From: Patescibacteria group bacterium
GTDB taxonomy: Bacteria; Patescibacteriota; Gracilibacteria; UBA1369; PNNO01
DNA length: 64,000 nucleotides
Assembly: GCA_042568575.1 (NCBI GenBank)
Contig: JBHPIO010000005.1
Location: 1 to 64,000 of the forward strand
Direction: 5' to 3'
The translations under genes were made by a program, and so were the position numbers. Positions 55,183 through 64,000 of this stretch are shown here, piece after piece (position 1 is the stretch's first letter; each line of letters starts with the position of its first letter). Under the pieces are notes generated by a model. The model ran no database searches. It saw only the letters and a program-made list of their open reading frames with translations, and was not told the origin of the DNA.

Positions 55183-57410
55183 AACTACGAATTGGTACTA
55201 AACTTGCGATTGCTTTTAGTCTGATAGGCATAATTGTCACTATGCTGCTTCTTACTTTTTTGTTAAAATACACTAACTATGCTATTGAGGAGAGAATCGA
55301 GGCTCAGATGGAAAGTGTTTTAATGTTAAAGATAAATCAATTAAATCGATTCACGGAGGAAGAAAAAGAAGATTTTAACAATATAGCAGATTTTTTATTA
55401 GAGTTGAGCGATTATGAAAATTTCTATAATTATGAAAATTTATCTGAATCGTTAGAATCGATATTGGAAAAAGAAGAAGATTTTTTTGAATTATTTATTA
55501 TGGATTTGGAAGGTAGAGTGATCGTATCTACAGACAAGATACAAGAAGAGAAGCTAAAATTTAATGAGGAGTATTTTATCGAAGGCCAAAAGGGGGTATA
55601 TATCCAAAGTTTTTACTATGATGTCGCTTTGCAACAACCTGCAAGTACTATAGTAGTGCCAATTCAAACTAAGACAGATATCTATATTTTGGCTGGAAGA
55701 ATAGATATGAATGAAATTTCGGAAATAATGACGGAAAGATCTGGGCTTGGTGAAACAGGAGAAACATATTTGGTGAATAAATTTAATTTTATGATTACTG
55801 AGTCTAGATTTGAGGAAAACGTTAGCTTGAAAAAAACGGTATATACAGAAGGAGTAGGTGATTGTTTGCAGGCACATGGAGATATTGGGCACGGACATTA
55901 TTTAGACTATAGAGATGCCGATGTAATAGGAATGTATAAATGGCTCCCAAATATGGAAGTATGTATTTTAGCTGAAATAAATGAAGATGAGGCTCATATA
56001 TCCATAAACAAAATGAGAAACACGATCGTTATAAGTAGCCTTGGAGCAATTACAATAATACTTATTTTTATTTTTATTTTTGGCGGAAGAATTACCAGTC
56101 GACTCAATAATCTTAGAAATGCTGCGATAGAAATAAGTAAAGGAGACTTGAAGAAAAGAATTAAGATAAAGTCAAAAGATGAAATAGGGGACTTGGCTGT
56201 TTCTTTCAATACTATGACTAAGAACTTATGTGAAGCTCAGGAAAAGCTTAATAAATATAATAAAACGCTTGAAGGGAAAGTAAGGCAGCGTACAAAAGAA
56301 CTTGCTCAGGAAAGAAATAAATTGAGGACCACTCTTGAAAGTATTGGTGACGGGGCTTTTGTAATAGACAAGAAGGGGATTATTACATTCTTTAATAATG
56401 TTGCTGAGAGTATTACTCAATATAAAAGTAAAGAAGCTGTTGGAAAGTACTACAAAGAAATAATAAATTTGGTTAGAGAGAAAGATGAAAAAGAGATTAC
56501 TGGTTTTATTGAATTTGCTATTAAGAAGAATAAAATTACTCCCTTGCATAATCACACGGTTCTGATTACTAAAAAGAAAAAAAGGGTTCCTGTTCTGTCC
56601 AGTGCTGCTCCGATACATGGTGATAGAAAAGATAAAATAGTTGGATCAATTGTAACTTTCAGAGATGTGTCATACGAACGTGAAGTAGAGAAAATGAAGG
56701 ATGATTTTATTGCGTTGGCTTCACATCAATTAAGGACTCCATTAACTAGTATAAAATGGTCTTTGGAAGAACTTTTAAGTGAAGGGTCAAGGAAGACCAA
56801 ATTGGTACAAAAAGATTATTTGGAGAATTCTTACAAAGCTACTAACAGAATGGTTAGGTTAACAAATTCGATTTTGAACATTAGTCGTATTGATTCTGGA
56901 AAGTTAACAATATTTCCGGAGTCGATAGATTTAGTTCAATTTACAAAAGAAGCATTACACAAGTTCCAGTCGTTAATTAAAGATAGAGAACATAAAGTTA
57001 AAACTAGTTTTCCAAAGAAAGTAATGGTCGCTAAAACAGATCCAAGAATCTTGAGTGAAGTTTTGTCGACTGTTATATCAAATGCATTAAGGTATACACC
57101 AAAAAAGGGTGTTATTGAAATTAACCTTGAGGTTCAGAAAACATATGTAGAATTTAATGTAAAAGATAACGGGATTGGGATTCCAGAGAAGGCAACAAAT
57201 AAAGTTTTTCAACGATTCTTTAGAGCAGATAATGCTGAAAGAATTGATACTGAGGGGACAGGTTTAGCATTATCGATTACAAAAAATTTAGTTGAAATAT
57301 TGGGAGGAAAAATTAAATTTAAATCTAAAGAAAATTCCGGAACTACTTTCACATTTACTTTACCTCTAAAAGGCATTAAAGCTAAAAAAGGGGAGAAGGG
57401 GTTATCGTAA
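55179..57410 (+). CDS. Membrane sensor histidine kinase (Cache, HAMP, PAS, HisKA, HATPase)
   Basis: Two TMs flanking 'GLGETGETYLVN', HAMP DEIGDLA, PAS, H-box SHQLRTPL, N-box NALRY, DNGIG, GTGLAL. Confidence 0.92.
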   Translation: MKLRIGTKLAIAFSLIGIIVTMLLLTFLLKYTNYAIEERIEAQMESVLMLKINQLNRFTEEEKEDFNNIADFLLELSDYENFYNYENLSESLESILEKEEDFFELFIMDLEGRVIVSTDKIQEEKLKFNEEYFIEGQKGVYIQSFYYDVALQQPASTIVVPIQTKTDIYILAGRIDMNEISEIMTERSGLGETGETYLVNKFNFMITESRFEENVSLKKTVYTEGVGDCLQAHGDIGHGHYLDYRDADVIGMYKWLPNMEVCILAEINEDEAHISINKMRNTIVISSLGAITIILIFIFIFGGRITSRLNNLRNAAIEISKGDLKKRIKIKSKDEIGDLAVSFNTMTKNLCEAQEKLNKYNKTLEGKVRQRTKELAQERNKLRTTLESIGDGAFVIDKKGIITFFNNVAESITQYKSKEAVGKYYKEIINLVREKDEKEITGFIEFAIKKNKITPLHNHTVLITKKKKRVPVLSSAAPIHGDRKDKIVGSIVTFRDVSYEREVEKMKDDFIALASHQLRTPLTSIKWSLEELLSEGSRKTKLVQKDYLENSYKATNRMVRLTNSILNISRIDSGKLTIFPESIDLVQFTKEALHKFQSLIKDREHKVKTSFPKKVMVAKTDPRILSEVLSTVISNALRYTPKKGVIEINLEVQKTYVEFNVKDNGIGIPEKATNKVFQRFFRADNAERIDTEGTGLALSITKNLVEILGGKIKFKSKENSGTTFTFTLPLKGIKAKKGEKGLS

Positions 57411-58907
57411 ACATTCAGGTTGGTCTGCTATCTTTTTTTGGTATGATGGAAAATAAATTCTAAGGGTTGTTCCATGATCCAATTCGGTTCTAATTTCTAA
57501 ATATGCATTGTTCTCGAGCAAAATGGCTTTACACATAGATAATCCCAATCCGGTACCTGCACCTTCTGATTTAGTTGTATAAAATGCATCAAACATTCGG
57601 TCTCTTACATATTGTGGTATGCCTTCACCTGTGTCGGTTATTTCAAGCACATTTAATGGACCATTTATTAATCGTCCAGAAATTTCACATTTGCGCTTGT
57701 TAGATTCTTCCGGAATGCACACTTCATAAGTGCGAACTTTAATTTCCCCACCTCTATTTGGTAAAGCTGCTAATGCATTTGTGATTAGATTAATGATTAC
57801 TCTTTCAACTTTTTGGACTTGGACTTCGGAACACATAGAGCTATGAGTCCACAAATCATACGTCAGTTTGTGCGGGGGCTTAACTAAAGCTTCAAGAAGA
57901 GAGGATACCTCTTCTACGAGTTTATTGATATCATATGCTTGTGATCTACTATCTTCCTTCCTTGAGGCACGCAAAATGCTAGATACAAGTTTTTTTGCTC
58001 TTGATGCTGCTTGCTGAATTTCAAAGCCAAGTCCAATTCTTTCAGGCGTTCCAACGTGTTTTTCTGAAACAAGTAATTCAGCATATCCAGATATCGGACA
58101 TAAAAGATTGTTAAAATCATGCGCTATACCTGCAGCCATTTCTCCTAATGATTTTAGAGCTTCTGATTTAATGCTTTGCTCTTCCATCCTTTTCCTTTCT
58201 GTAATATCAATAACAGTAGCTACCACACTTTTATCACCATTTTCACTTTCCATTTTTCCAAAAACAATCCATACGGGTACTTCGTCTCCTGATTTCGTTA
58301 ATGCCTTGTATTCATGAGCAGCTTCACCAGGTCCTCTTCCGTTCATTAATCTATCAATTGTATCTTGTAACCTTTCACGACTTTCAGGTTTAACGAGCTC
58401 AAGAATCGAGCTTGGGGTTTCTTTTTCGCTGTACCCAAGTATATTTAATATTTGTGGATTCATACTAGTAAAACTTCCATCTGGGTTAATGTTAAGCATC
58501 ATCACTGGAGTTCTTCTTACGACTTTTCTCAACTCTCCCGTTGTAGGGCCTCTCTGTCTATAAATAACTTTTGCATATCGTTCTTTAACTACTTTAAGAA
58601 TTCCGGATATACGAAAACTTGGTTGGTTTTCAACTAATTTTTCTGCGCTTTTAACAATGTGACCTAAACTTATATTTTTAGGAGGGTATCCAAGTATCGT
58701 TAATTCTTCTGCTGCTTGTAAAATCGTTAAAGCAGTATGAGATATTTCTCTAGGGCCGTTATCTTCTTGAATTTTATCCCTTAATCCTAGTAAGTCTAAC
58801 CCAATATTTTCGCTTTGAATTCTTCCAATCAAAAAACCTGCCTGTTGGATACTCCATTCACTACAGGTTATGTCTTGCTCAGATTTTAAGTGCTCCATTA
58901 ATTGCAT
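57402..58907 (-). CDS. Cytoplasmic PAS histidine kinase (NtrB/hybrid-type core, no receiver)
   Basis: PAS ending DITERK, 'LGEMAAGIAHDFNNLL', NLITNA, DTGEG, FYTTK, GTGLGL. Confidence 0.9.
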   Translation of the reverse strand: MQLMEHLKSEQDITCSEWSIQQAGFLIGRIQSENIGLDLLGLRDKIQEDNGPREISHTALTILQAAEELTILGYPPKNISLGHIVKSAEKLVENQPSFRISGILKVVKERYAKVIYRQRGPTTGELRKVVRRTPVMMLNINPDGSFTSMNPQILNILGYSEKETPSSILELVKPESRERLQDTIDRLMNGRGPGEAAHEYKALTKSGDEVPVWIVFGKMESENGDKSVVATVIDITERKRMEEQSIKSEALKSLGEMAAGIAHDFNNLLCPISGYAELLVSEKHVGTPERIGLGFEIQQAASRAKKLVSSILRASRKEDSRSQAYDINKLVEEVSSLLEALVKPPHKLTYDLWTHSSMCSEVQVQKVERVIINLITNALAALPNRGGEIKVRTYEVCIPEESNKRKCEISGRLINGPLNVLEITDTGEGIPQYVRDRMFDAFYTTKSEGAGTGLGLSMCKAILLENNAYLEIRTELDHGTTLRIYFPSYQKKIADQPECLR

Positions 58908-59123
58908 GACAACTATTGATAATTGTTCACTATCTTATTTTTATAGAACTAAAATTTCCAGCTTTTGAACGAAAAATTTAGATAGATTTTAGTTTTCGAT
59001 AATATATTTATAATCAGATGTTTTTGAGGTCGAAAAATACACGCCTTTAAGGGTGTTTTGGTTTTAAAATGTTGCGCGGCAATGTTATTGGTTTTTGTAT
59101 AGAGTGGATTTTGCTTTTTTAGA

Positions 59124-59151
59124 TTGATGTGGGGGCTTTGTTAAGTATAAT
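59124..59151 (+). promoter_or_regulatory. Putative promoter of pdxST
   Basis: TTGATG-16 bp-TATAAT. Confidence 0.5.
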
Positions 59152-59183
59152 ATGTCTGCCTACTTTATGACGTACTTCAAATT

Positions 59184-60059
59184 ATGAAAAAGAATACTCA
59201 AACTTTAAAACGTGGTCTTGCTCAGATGCTTAAAGGCGGAGTGATCATGGATGTAGTTACCGAGGAGCATGCAAAAATCGCTGAAGAAGCGGGAGCTTGC
59301 GCTGTTATGGCGCTTGAGAGGGTTCCGTCTGATATTAGAAAAGATGGAGGGGTAGCGCGAATGAGTGATCCTCAATTAATTAAAAAGATTAAAAAAGCCG
59401 TTTCGATTCCTGTTATGGCAAAAGTTAGAATAGGTCATTTTGTTGAAGCGCAGGTTATTGAGTCACTTGGAATTGATTATATTGATGAAAGCGAAGTATT
59501 AACTCCTGCAGATGAGAAATATCACATAGATAAGACAAAATTTAAAATTCCTTTTGTGTGTGGTGCTACTTATTTAGGTGAAGGATTAAGGCGAATTTCT
59601 GAAGGAGCAGCGATGATTAGAACAAAAGGTGAAGCGGGAACTGGAAATGTTGTTGAGGCAGTTAGGCATGCACGTACACTTCTTAGTGAAATTGAAGAAT
59701 TAAAATCTGGAACTGAAAAAACTTTAAAAGAATATGCGAAACAACAAAGAGTTCCTTATGAGTTAGTAAAAGAAATTGCGGAGAGTGGAAAGTTACCAGT
59801 AGTTAATTTTGCGGCAGGAGGCATCGCTACGCCTGCTGATGCAGCTTTAATGATGCAGTTAGGTCTTGATGGTGTGTTTGTTGGTTCAGGCATCTTTAAA
59901 GCAAGTGACCCAGTTAAAATGGGAAAAGCGATTGTTAAGGCTGTGACTCACTTCCATGAGCCTGAAATTATAGCGAAAGTTTCTGAAAATCTTGGAGATG
60001 CTATGGAAAGTAAAGAAATTAAAGATCTTGATACCCGTTATGCGGAAAGAGGATGGTAG
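59184..60059 (+). CDS. pdxS: Pyridoxal 5'-phosphate synthase lyase subunit
   Basis: [57 protein letters not shown]. Confidence 0.98.
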   Translation: MKKNTQTLKRGLAQMLKGGVIMDVVTEEHAKIAEEAGACAVMALERVPSDIRKDGGVARMSDPQLIKKIKKAVSIPVMAKVRIGHFVEAQVIESLGIDYIDESEVLTPADEKYHIDKTKFKIPFVCGATYLGEGLRRISEGAAMIRTKGEAGTGNVVEAVRHARTLLSEIEELKSGTEKTLKEYAKQQRVPYELVKEIAESGKLPVVNFAAGGIATPADAALMMQLGLDGVFVGSGIFKASDPVKMGKAIVKAVTHFHEPEIIAKVSENLGDAMESKEIKDLDTRYAERGW

Positions 60060-60661
60060 ATAACAAAATTACAATTGGAGTTTTAGCTTTACAGGGTGCT
60101 TTTTTTGAACATGTTGAAATGTTAAAACGGCTCAATGTAGAGGCGCGTGAGGTTAGGCAAAAAAAAGATTTAGACGGACTTTCAGGATTGATAATTCCTG
60201 GAGGGGAGAGTACAACAATATCACTTTTAATGAAAAACCAGTCGTTACGTGATGAATTAATTAAAGCTATCGAAGGTGGATTACCTGTTTATGGGACATG
60301 TGCAGGTGCGATTTTACTTTCAAAAAAAGTTGAAGGCAAAAAATTAAGCGAAAGACTTTCAGTGATGGATATTGAAATTGAAAGAAATGCATATGGGAGT
60401 CAGCTCGATAGTTTTGAAGAGGATTTGGTATTGAATTTGGATGGTGAGGAAAGACATTTTTATGCAATTTTTATTCGTGCACCAAAAATCACAGGTGTTG
60501 GCGAAAATATTGATGTATTAGCGAAAAATTCAATGAGTGAAATTGTTATGGCTCGTGAAAAAAACATGCTTGTTACAACATTTCATCCTGAACTTACCGA
60601 TGATTCAGGAGTTCATCAGTATTTTTTAAAGATGTGCGAAAAGTTTACTCAAAATCTTTAA
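60053..60661 (+). CDS. pdxT: PLP synthase glutaminase subunit
   Basis: GVLALQG, PGGESTT, GTCAG, RNAYGSQ, FIRAP, FHPEL. Confidence 0.97.
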   Translation: MVDNKITIGVLALQGAFFEHVEMLKRLNVEAREVRQKKDLDGLSGLIIPGGESTTISLLMKNQSLRDELIKAIEGGLPVYGTCAGAILLSKKVEGKKLSERLSVMDIEIERNAYGSQLDSFEEDLVLNLDGEERHFYAIFIRAPKITGVGENIDVLAKNSMSEIVMAREKNMLVTTFHPELTDDSGVHQYFLKMCEKFTQNL

Positions 60662-61565
60662 GGAATTTTGAGATATCGAAGTTTTTCACTTCTTCGTGAG
60701 GTGAAGTTTTTATTCCTTCTCTGCTTGGAAGACGTTCTTGGAATGGAGGATAGTCTTTCTTTTGATATAAAACTCCAAGATAAATTTCTTTTTCGAAATC
60801 TTGCACGATTTTCTTTGCGGCATCTAGATTTGTTGAGTCATATTTCTTTAAATCTTCGATATATTTAATGCGATCCCAGTACCATTCTTGTGGAGTTGCT
60901 CTGTTATATGTAGGACAAACCTGAAGCATTTCAACAAATGCAAAACCCTTATGTTTTAAAGCTGCTCGAAGTGTTTTTGTCATGTGTTTGATGTCGCCTG
61001 AGAAACTGCGGGCAACAAATGTAGGGTGCAATCCAAGAACAAATTCGGAAGGATTCATCGGTTCAACAACAACACCATCAGGCGACCCGTTCATCGCAAA
61101 TCCCTTTGGGGTTGTAGCAGAAGCTTGCCCTGTAGTGAGCCCGTAGTTATGATTGTTATGCAGAATAAAGAGCATCGGGTAGTCACTTCTAACAGAATGC
61201 ACTAAATGGCTAATACCTTCACTCATTGTCCCTCCATCACCACCGGAGGCAATAATTTTTAGTTTAGAATTCCCAAGGGAGGCACCTGCGCCAAGACTAA
61301 TTGATCGTCCGTGAAGTCCATGAACAGTATATCCCCCGATTTTATCAGAACCGTTCCCGTTACAACCAATATCATAACTGTGGAGTACATCCTGATAATG
61401 AAATCCCTCTAAAGTTAAAGCTCTCTTAAGTGCATTTTGGATGTTGTAGTCGCCGCAACCGTGACACCATGTAATCACTTCTTCACCTTCATACTTAACG
61501 TATGTATCTTTACGTTTTGAAAGTGTTTTTAAAACCTGTGATGTGTCGTTTTGCTTCTTTGGCAT
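60645..61565 (-). CDS. korB: 2-oxoacid:acceptor oxidoreductase beta subunit
   Basis: TWCHGCG, IGC, LHGR, GGDGG, YGLTTGQAS, LQVCPTYN. Confidence 0.9.
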   Translation of the reverse strand: MPKKQNDTSQVLKTLSKRKDTYVKYEGEEVITWCHGCGDYNIQNALKRALTLEGFHYQDVLHSYDIGCNGNGSDKIGGYTVHGLHGRSISLGAGASLGNSKLKIIASGGDGGTMSEGISHLVHSVRSDYPMLFILHNNHNYGLTTGQASATTPKGFAMNGSPDGVVVEPMNPSEFVLGLHPTFVARSFSGDIKHMTKTLRAALKHKGFAFVEMLQVCPTYNRATPQEWYWDRIKYIEDLKKYDSTNLDAAKKIVQDFEKEIYLGVLYQKKDYPPFQERLPSREGIKTSPHEEVKNFDISKFLKDFE

Positions 61566-61567
61566 AA

Positions 61568-63304
61568 TTAATGTTTAGCAACGTACGACATAACTTCATC
61601 AAAGAAGAATGGACGTCCGTCATATTTTAGTAGTTTACCTTTAAATTCTTTTTTAGTTTGTGCTTCAACTTGTTGGCCAAACTGACCAAGGAAATTTCCT
61701 TCAATTAAATGAACATTTTTATTATTTTCGAAAAATTTCTTAGCCGCATTTGCCTTTACTGGCCACACATAATCAAAATGCAGATAATTAACTTCTACTC
61801 CTTTTGCTTTATATGCCTGGATTACATCTTGCATCACATTCATGCTACTTCCCCAACCAATAAATGAAATTTTGGCACCTTTCTTTGCTCCATAAACTTT
61901 TGGTGCAGGAAGATTTTTTAAAAGGGTCTCTTCTTTTCTCATTCTTTTATCAATCATAATTTTCGCTTCTTTTGCTTCCTCGTTTAATTCTCCACTTTCC
62001 CAATGTTCATCACCATTTGCATAATAATAAGCCGGAGAACTTCCCGGAATCCATCTTTTTGAAATTCCCGAAGGTGTAATTTTGTATCTATCACTCGACT
62101 GTAATTTCTCAAGTTCTTTTGGACTTGTTACAAGCCCTCGTTTTAAAGGAACTTTTTTATGCTTAAAGTGATCAACTGTTAAATGTGTATCGTAAACTGT
62201 TTTTTCTGATAGAACTGTTACTGGGATTTGATATTCTTCTGCGATATTAAATGCATGTTGAATTAATTCATATGATGAATGTGGGTCACCGCAGCCAATA
62301 ACTGCTCGCGGGAATTCTCCATGCGCTGAGTGAATTGCAAGATTGTAATCTCCCTGACATGTCCATGTAGGAAGTCCTGTTGCTGGTCCAGGTCGTTGTC
62401 CGATAATAAATACTGCTGGTGTTTCATTCATTCCACATAAAGAAACACTCTCTGTCATAAGGTCGTATCCGCCGCCTGAAGTTGCAATCATTGATCTGCA
62501 TCCAACAAGCATAGAACCGATCATCATTTGAGCAGCTGTGATTTCATCTTCAGCTTGTTTCACAAGAACTCCAGTTTCGTGAGCGGTTGCAGCGATGTAA
62601 GTTAAGATTCCGCTCGAAGGACTCATTGGATAGGCGTAATATGCTCTCATTCCAGCTTGAATCGCTCCAAGTGCGATAGAAGTTGTTCCATCAATTAATA
62701 TCTTCTTTGGTGCTTTTTTATTAAGTTTAATTTTAAACTGTGGAATTTTTTTAATGTCGCCACCTTTAAATCCTGCATCAACACATTTTAAATCGATTTT
62801 CAAAAGTTTTGGTTTTGAAGCGAACTGATGTTTAACTTCCTTTTTCAAATTATTTGCATCGAATCCAAGAACTTTCCATAAAAGTCCGAGCAAAACCATG
62901 TTTACCATCACAGAACTGCCTCCAAGTGATCTCGCGATCTGTCTTGCAGGTAAATATAGAACTTTAATCCCTTTCTTTTTCGCTTTTTCTTTTAATGCTG
63001 GAATCAAATGATGCCTTTCGTATCCGTGAATTAAAATTCCACCACGTTTCATCAAGTCTATATGATAAAGAAGTCCAGCACGATCAAGCGCCACAACGAT
63101 ATCAATCTTATTCGAACGTGATCTAATATCTTTTGTACTAAAATCTATTTGAACATTTGAACTTCCACCCTTAATTAGCGATGGAAATTCTCTTTCTGAA
63201 GCAATATAGAAACCAAGATCTTTAAGAGCACGGCTAACAATGTGACCACTACTCAGCAGTCCCATTCCACTTTCACCCGCAATTCTTATTACTGTTCTTT
63301 CCAT
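61568..63304 (-). CDS. korA: 2-oxoacid:acceptor oxidoreductase alpha subunit
   Basis: AGESGMG, SLIKGG, YPMSPSS, QAEDEI, ATSGGG, QRPGPATGLPT, YDGRPF. Confidence 0.92.
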   Translation of the reverse strand: MERTVIRIAGESGMGLLSSGHIVSRALKDLGFYIASEREFPSLIKGGSSNVQIDFSTKDIRSRSNKIDIVVALDRAGLLYHIDLMKRGGILIHGYERHHLIPALKEKAKKKGIKVLYLPARQIARSLGGSSVMVNMVLLGLLWKVLGFDANNLKKEVKHQFASKPKLLKIDLKCVDAGFKGGDIKKIPQFKIKLNKKAPKKILIDGTTSIALGAIQAGMRAYYAYPMSPSSGILTYIAATAHETGVLVKQAEDEITAAQMMIGSMLVGCRSMIATSGGGYDLMTESVSLCGMNETPAVFIIGQRPGPATGLPTWTCQGDYNLAIHSAHGEFPRAVIGCGDPHSSYELIQHAFNIAEEYQIPVTVLSEKTVYDTHLTVDHFKHKKVPLKRGLVTSPKELEKLQSSDRYKITPSGISKRWIPGSSPAYYYANGDEHWESGELNEEAKEAKIMIDKRMRKEETLLKNLPAPKVYGAKKGAKISFIGWGSSMNVMQDVIQAYKAKGVEVNYLHFDYVWPVKANAAKKFFENNKNVHLIEGNFLGQFGQQVEAQTKKEFKGKLLKYDGRPFFFDEVMSYVAKH

Positions 63305-63307
63305 ATA

Positions 63308-63757
63308 TTATTTAATTGCTTTAGATAATTTTTTTGCCCAGTCCTTAACAGAAGTATCAAGGTAAGGAACTGGAGTTTTATTTATACGAAGCGCAGGAAC
63401 GATCAACTTTCCGCCGATTTCTTTAATTCCTTTTTCAAGGATTTTTGCTGATTCAATAACATATTCGGTGTTGTATTTGTTGTCTCCAAGTCCAATAACT
63501 GCGCATTTTTTTCCTTTTAAACTTGTTTGTTTAACTTTATAGAAAAATTTCAGCATATGATCTTGAAGTAGTCCCTGTCCGTATGTCGAACTTGCGAAAA
63601 TATAAAGACTATAACCTTTGAGATCTTTAACATCGCTTTCCTCTGCGCGTTGAACAGTCACTTTATGGCCGCTGTTGCTTAATACTTCCGCTACTTCATC
63701 TGTAACAATTTCTGTGTTACCACCTGTACTACCGAAAATTATTAGGACCGATGCCAT
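63308..63757 (-). CDS. Flavodoxin
   Basis: FGSTGGNTE, SSTYGQG, IGLGD. Confidence 0.9.
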   Translation of the reverse strand: MASVLIIFGSTGGNTEIVTDEVAEVLSNSGHKVTVQRAEESDVKDLKGYSLYIFASSTYGQGLLQDHMLKFFYKVKQTSLKGKKCAVIGLGDNKYNTEYVIESAKILEKGIKEIGGKLIVPALRINKTPVPYLDTSVKDWAKKLSKAIK

Positions 63758-63907
63758 AAAAAGTTTGTTTATCTTCCTTTAATTATATAGTTTAAAATTG
63801 TAAGGTCAAATTTATATAAAAAGAATTTGCAAATACGTGTGAAAAATATATAATTGCAAATAGGAATCATTCCTATTAATTCATAATTTATTCTTAAAAA
63901 TAGCGTT

Positions 63908-64000
63908 ATGACACACCACGAAAACGAAGAAGATTGTTGTTGCGACTCAGGTTGCTGCGGTCTTCAAGTCGGCAAAAAAGCCCCAACATTTAAAATGGAA
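63908..64000 (+). CDS. Probable peroxiredoxin (AhpC/TSA), 3'-truncated by the window edge
   Basis: Translates as MTHHENEEDCCCDSGCCGLQVGKKAPTFKME. 'QVGKKAPxF' is the typical peroxiredoxin start. Confidence 0.6.
   Translation, partial: MTHHENEEDCCCDSGCCGLQVGKKAPTFKME

Noticed and set aside
58908-59183. ncRNA in the 276-bp intergenic region
   Set aside because: Only a weak hairpin and promoter-like elements for divergent genes, with no recognisable motif.
1-64000. Genetic code 25 (UGA=Gly) as in Gracilibacteria/Absconditabacteria
   Set aside because: Conserved genes are full length in code 11 and TGA ends several genes, for example ftsQ, the histidine phosphatase and the methyltransferase.

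Overview
AT-rich bacterial chromosome segment in standard code 11 (TGA ends several clear genes). Its gene content looks like Patescibacteria/CPR, probably Peregrinibacteria-like; this is an inference. From left to right it holds: the tail of a type IV pilus operon (PilN/O-like, PilC, three prepilins, PilX-like); metG; five tandem VirB2/TrbC-like pilins with pilT; dusB, ftsQ-sbp, rpmB and a queuosine-precursor transporter; a cluster of secreted fibre-like and SLH surface proteins; a large class III nucleotide cyclase; UvrD; a P-loop kinase/dCMP deaminase fusion; a GC-rich orphan lipoprotein cassette whose 5' and 3' UTRs are complementary; ssb, ilvN and tRNA-Asn; a CsoR/CopA copper operon with its operator; transporters and two Cys-rich paralogues; ilvC and carbamate kinase; two NMT1/THI5-type binding proteins with a sensor kinase and no transporter; pdxST, korAB, flavodoxin and the start of a peroxiredoxin. 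I found no CRISPR array, transposase, integrase, reverse transcriptase or rRNA. All calls come from motif reading by eye, with no database searches.
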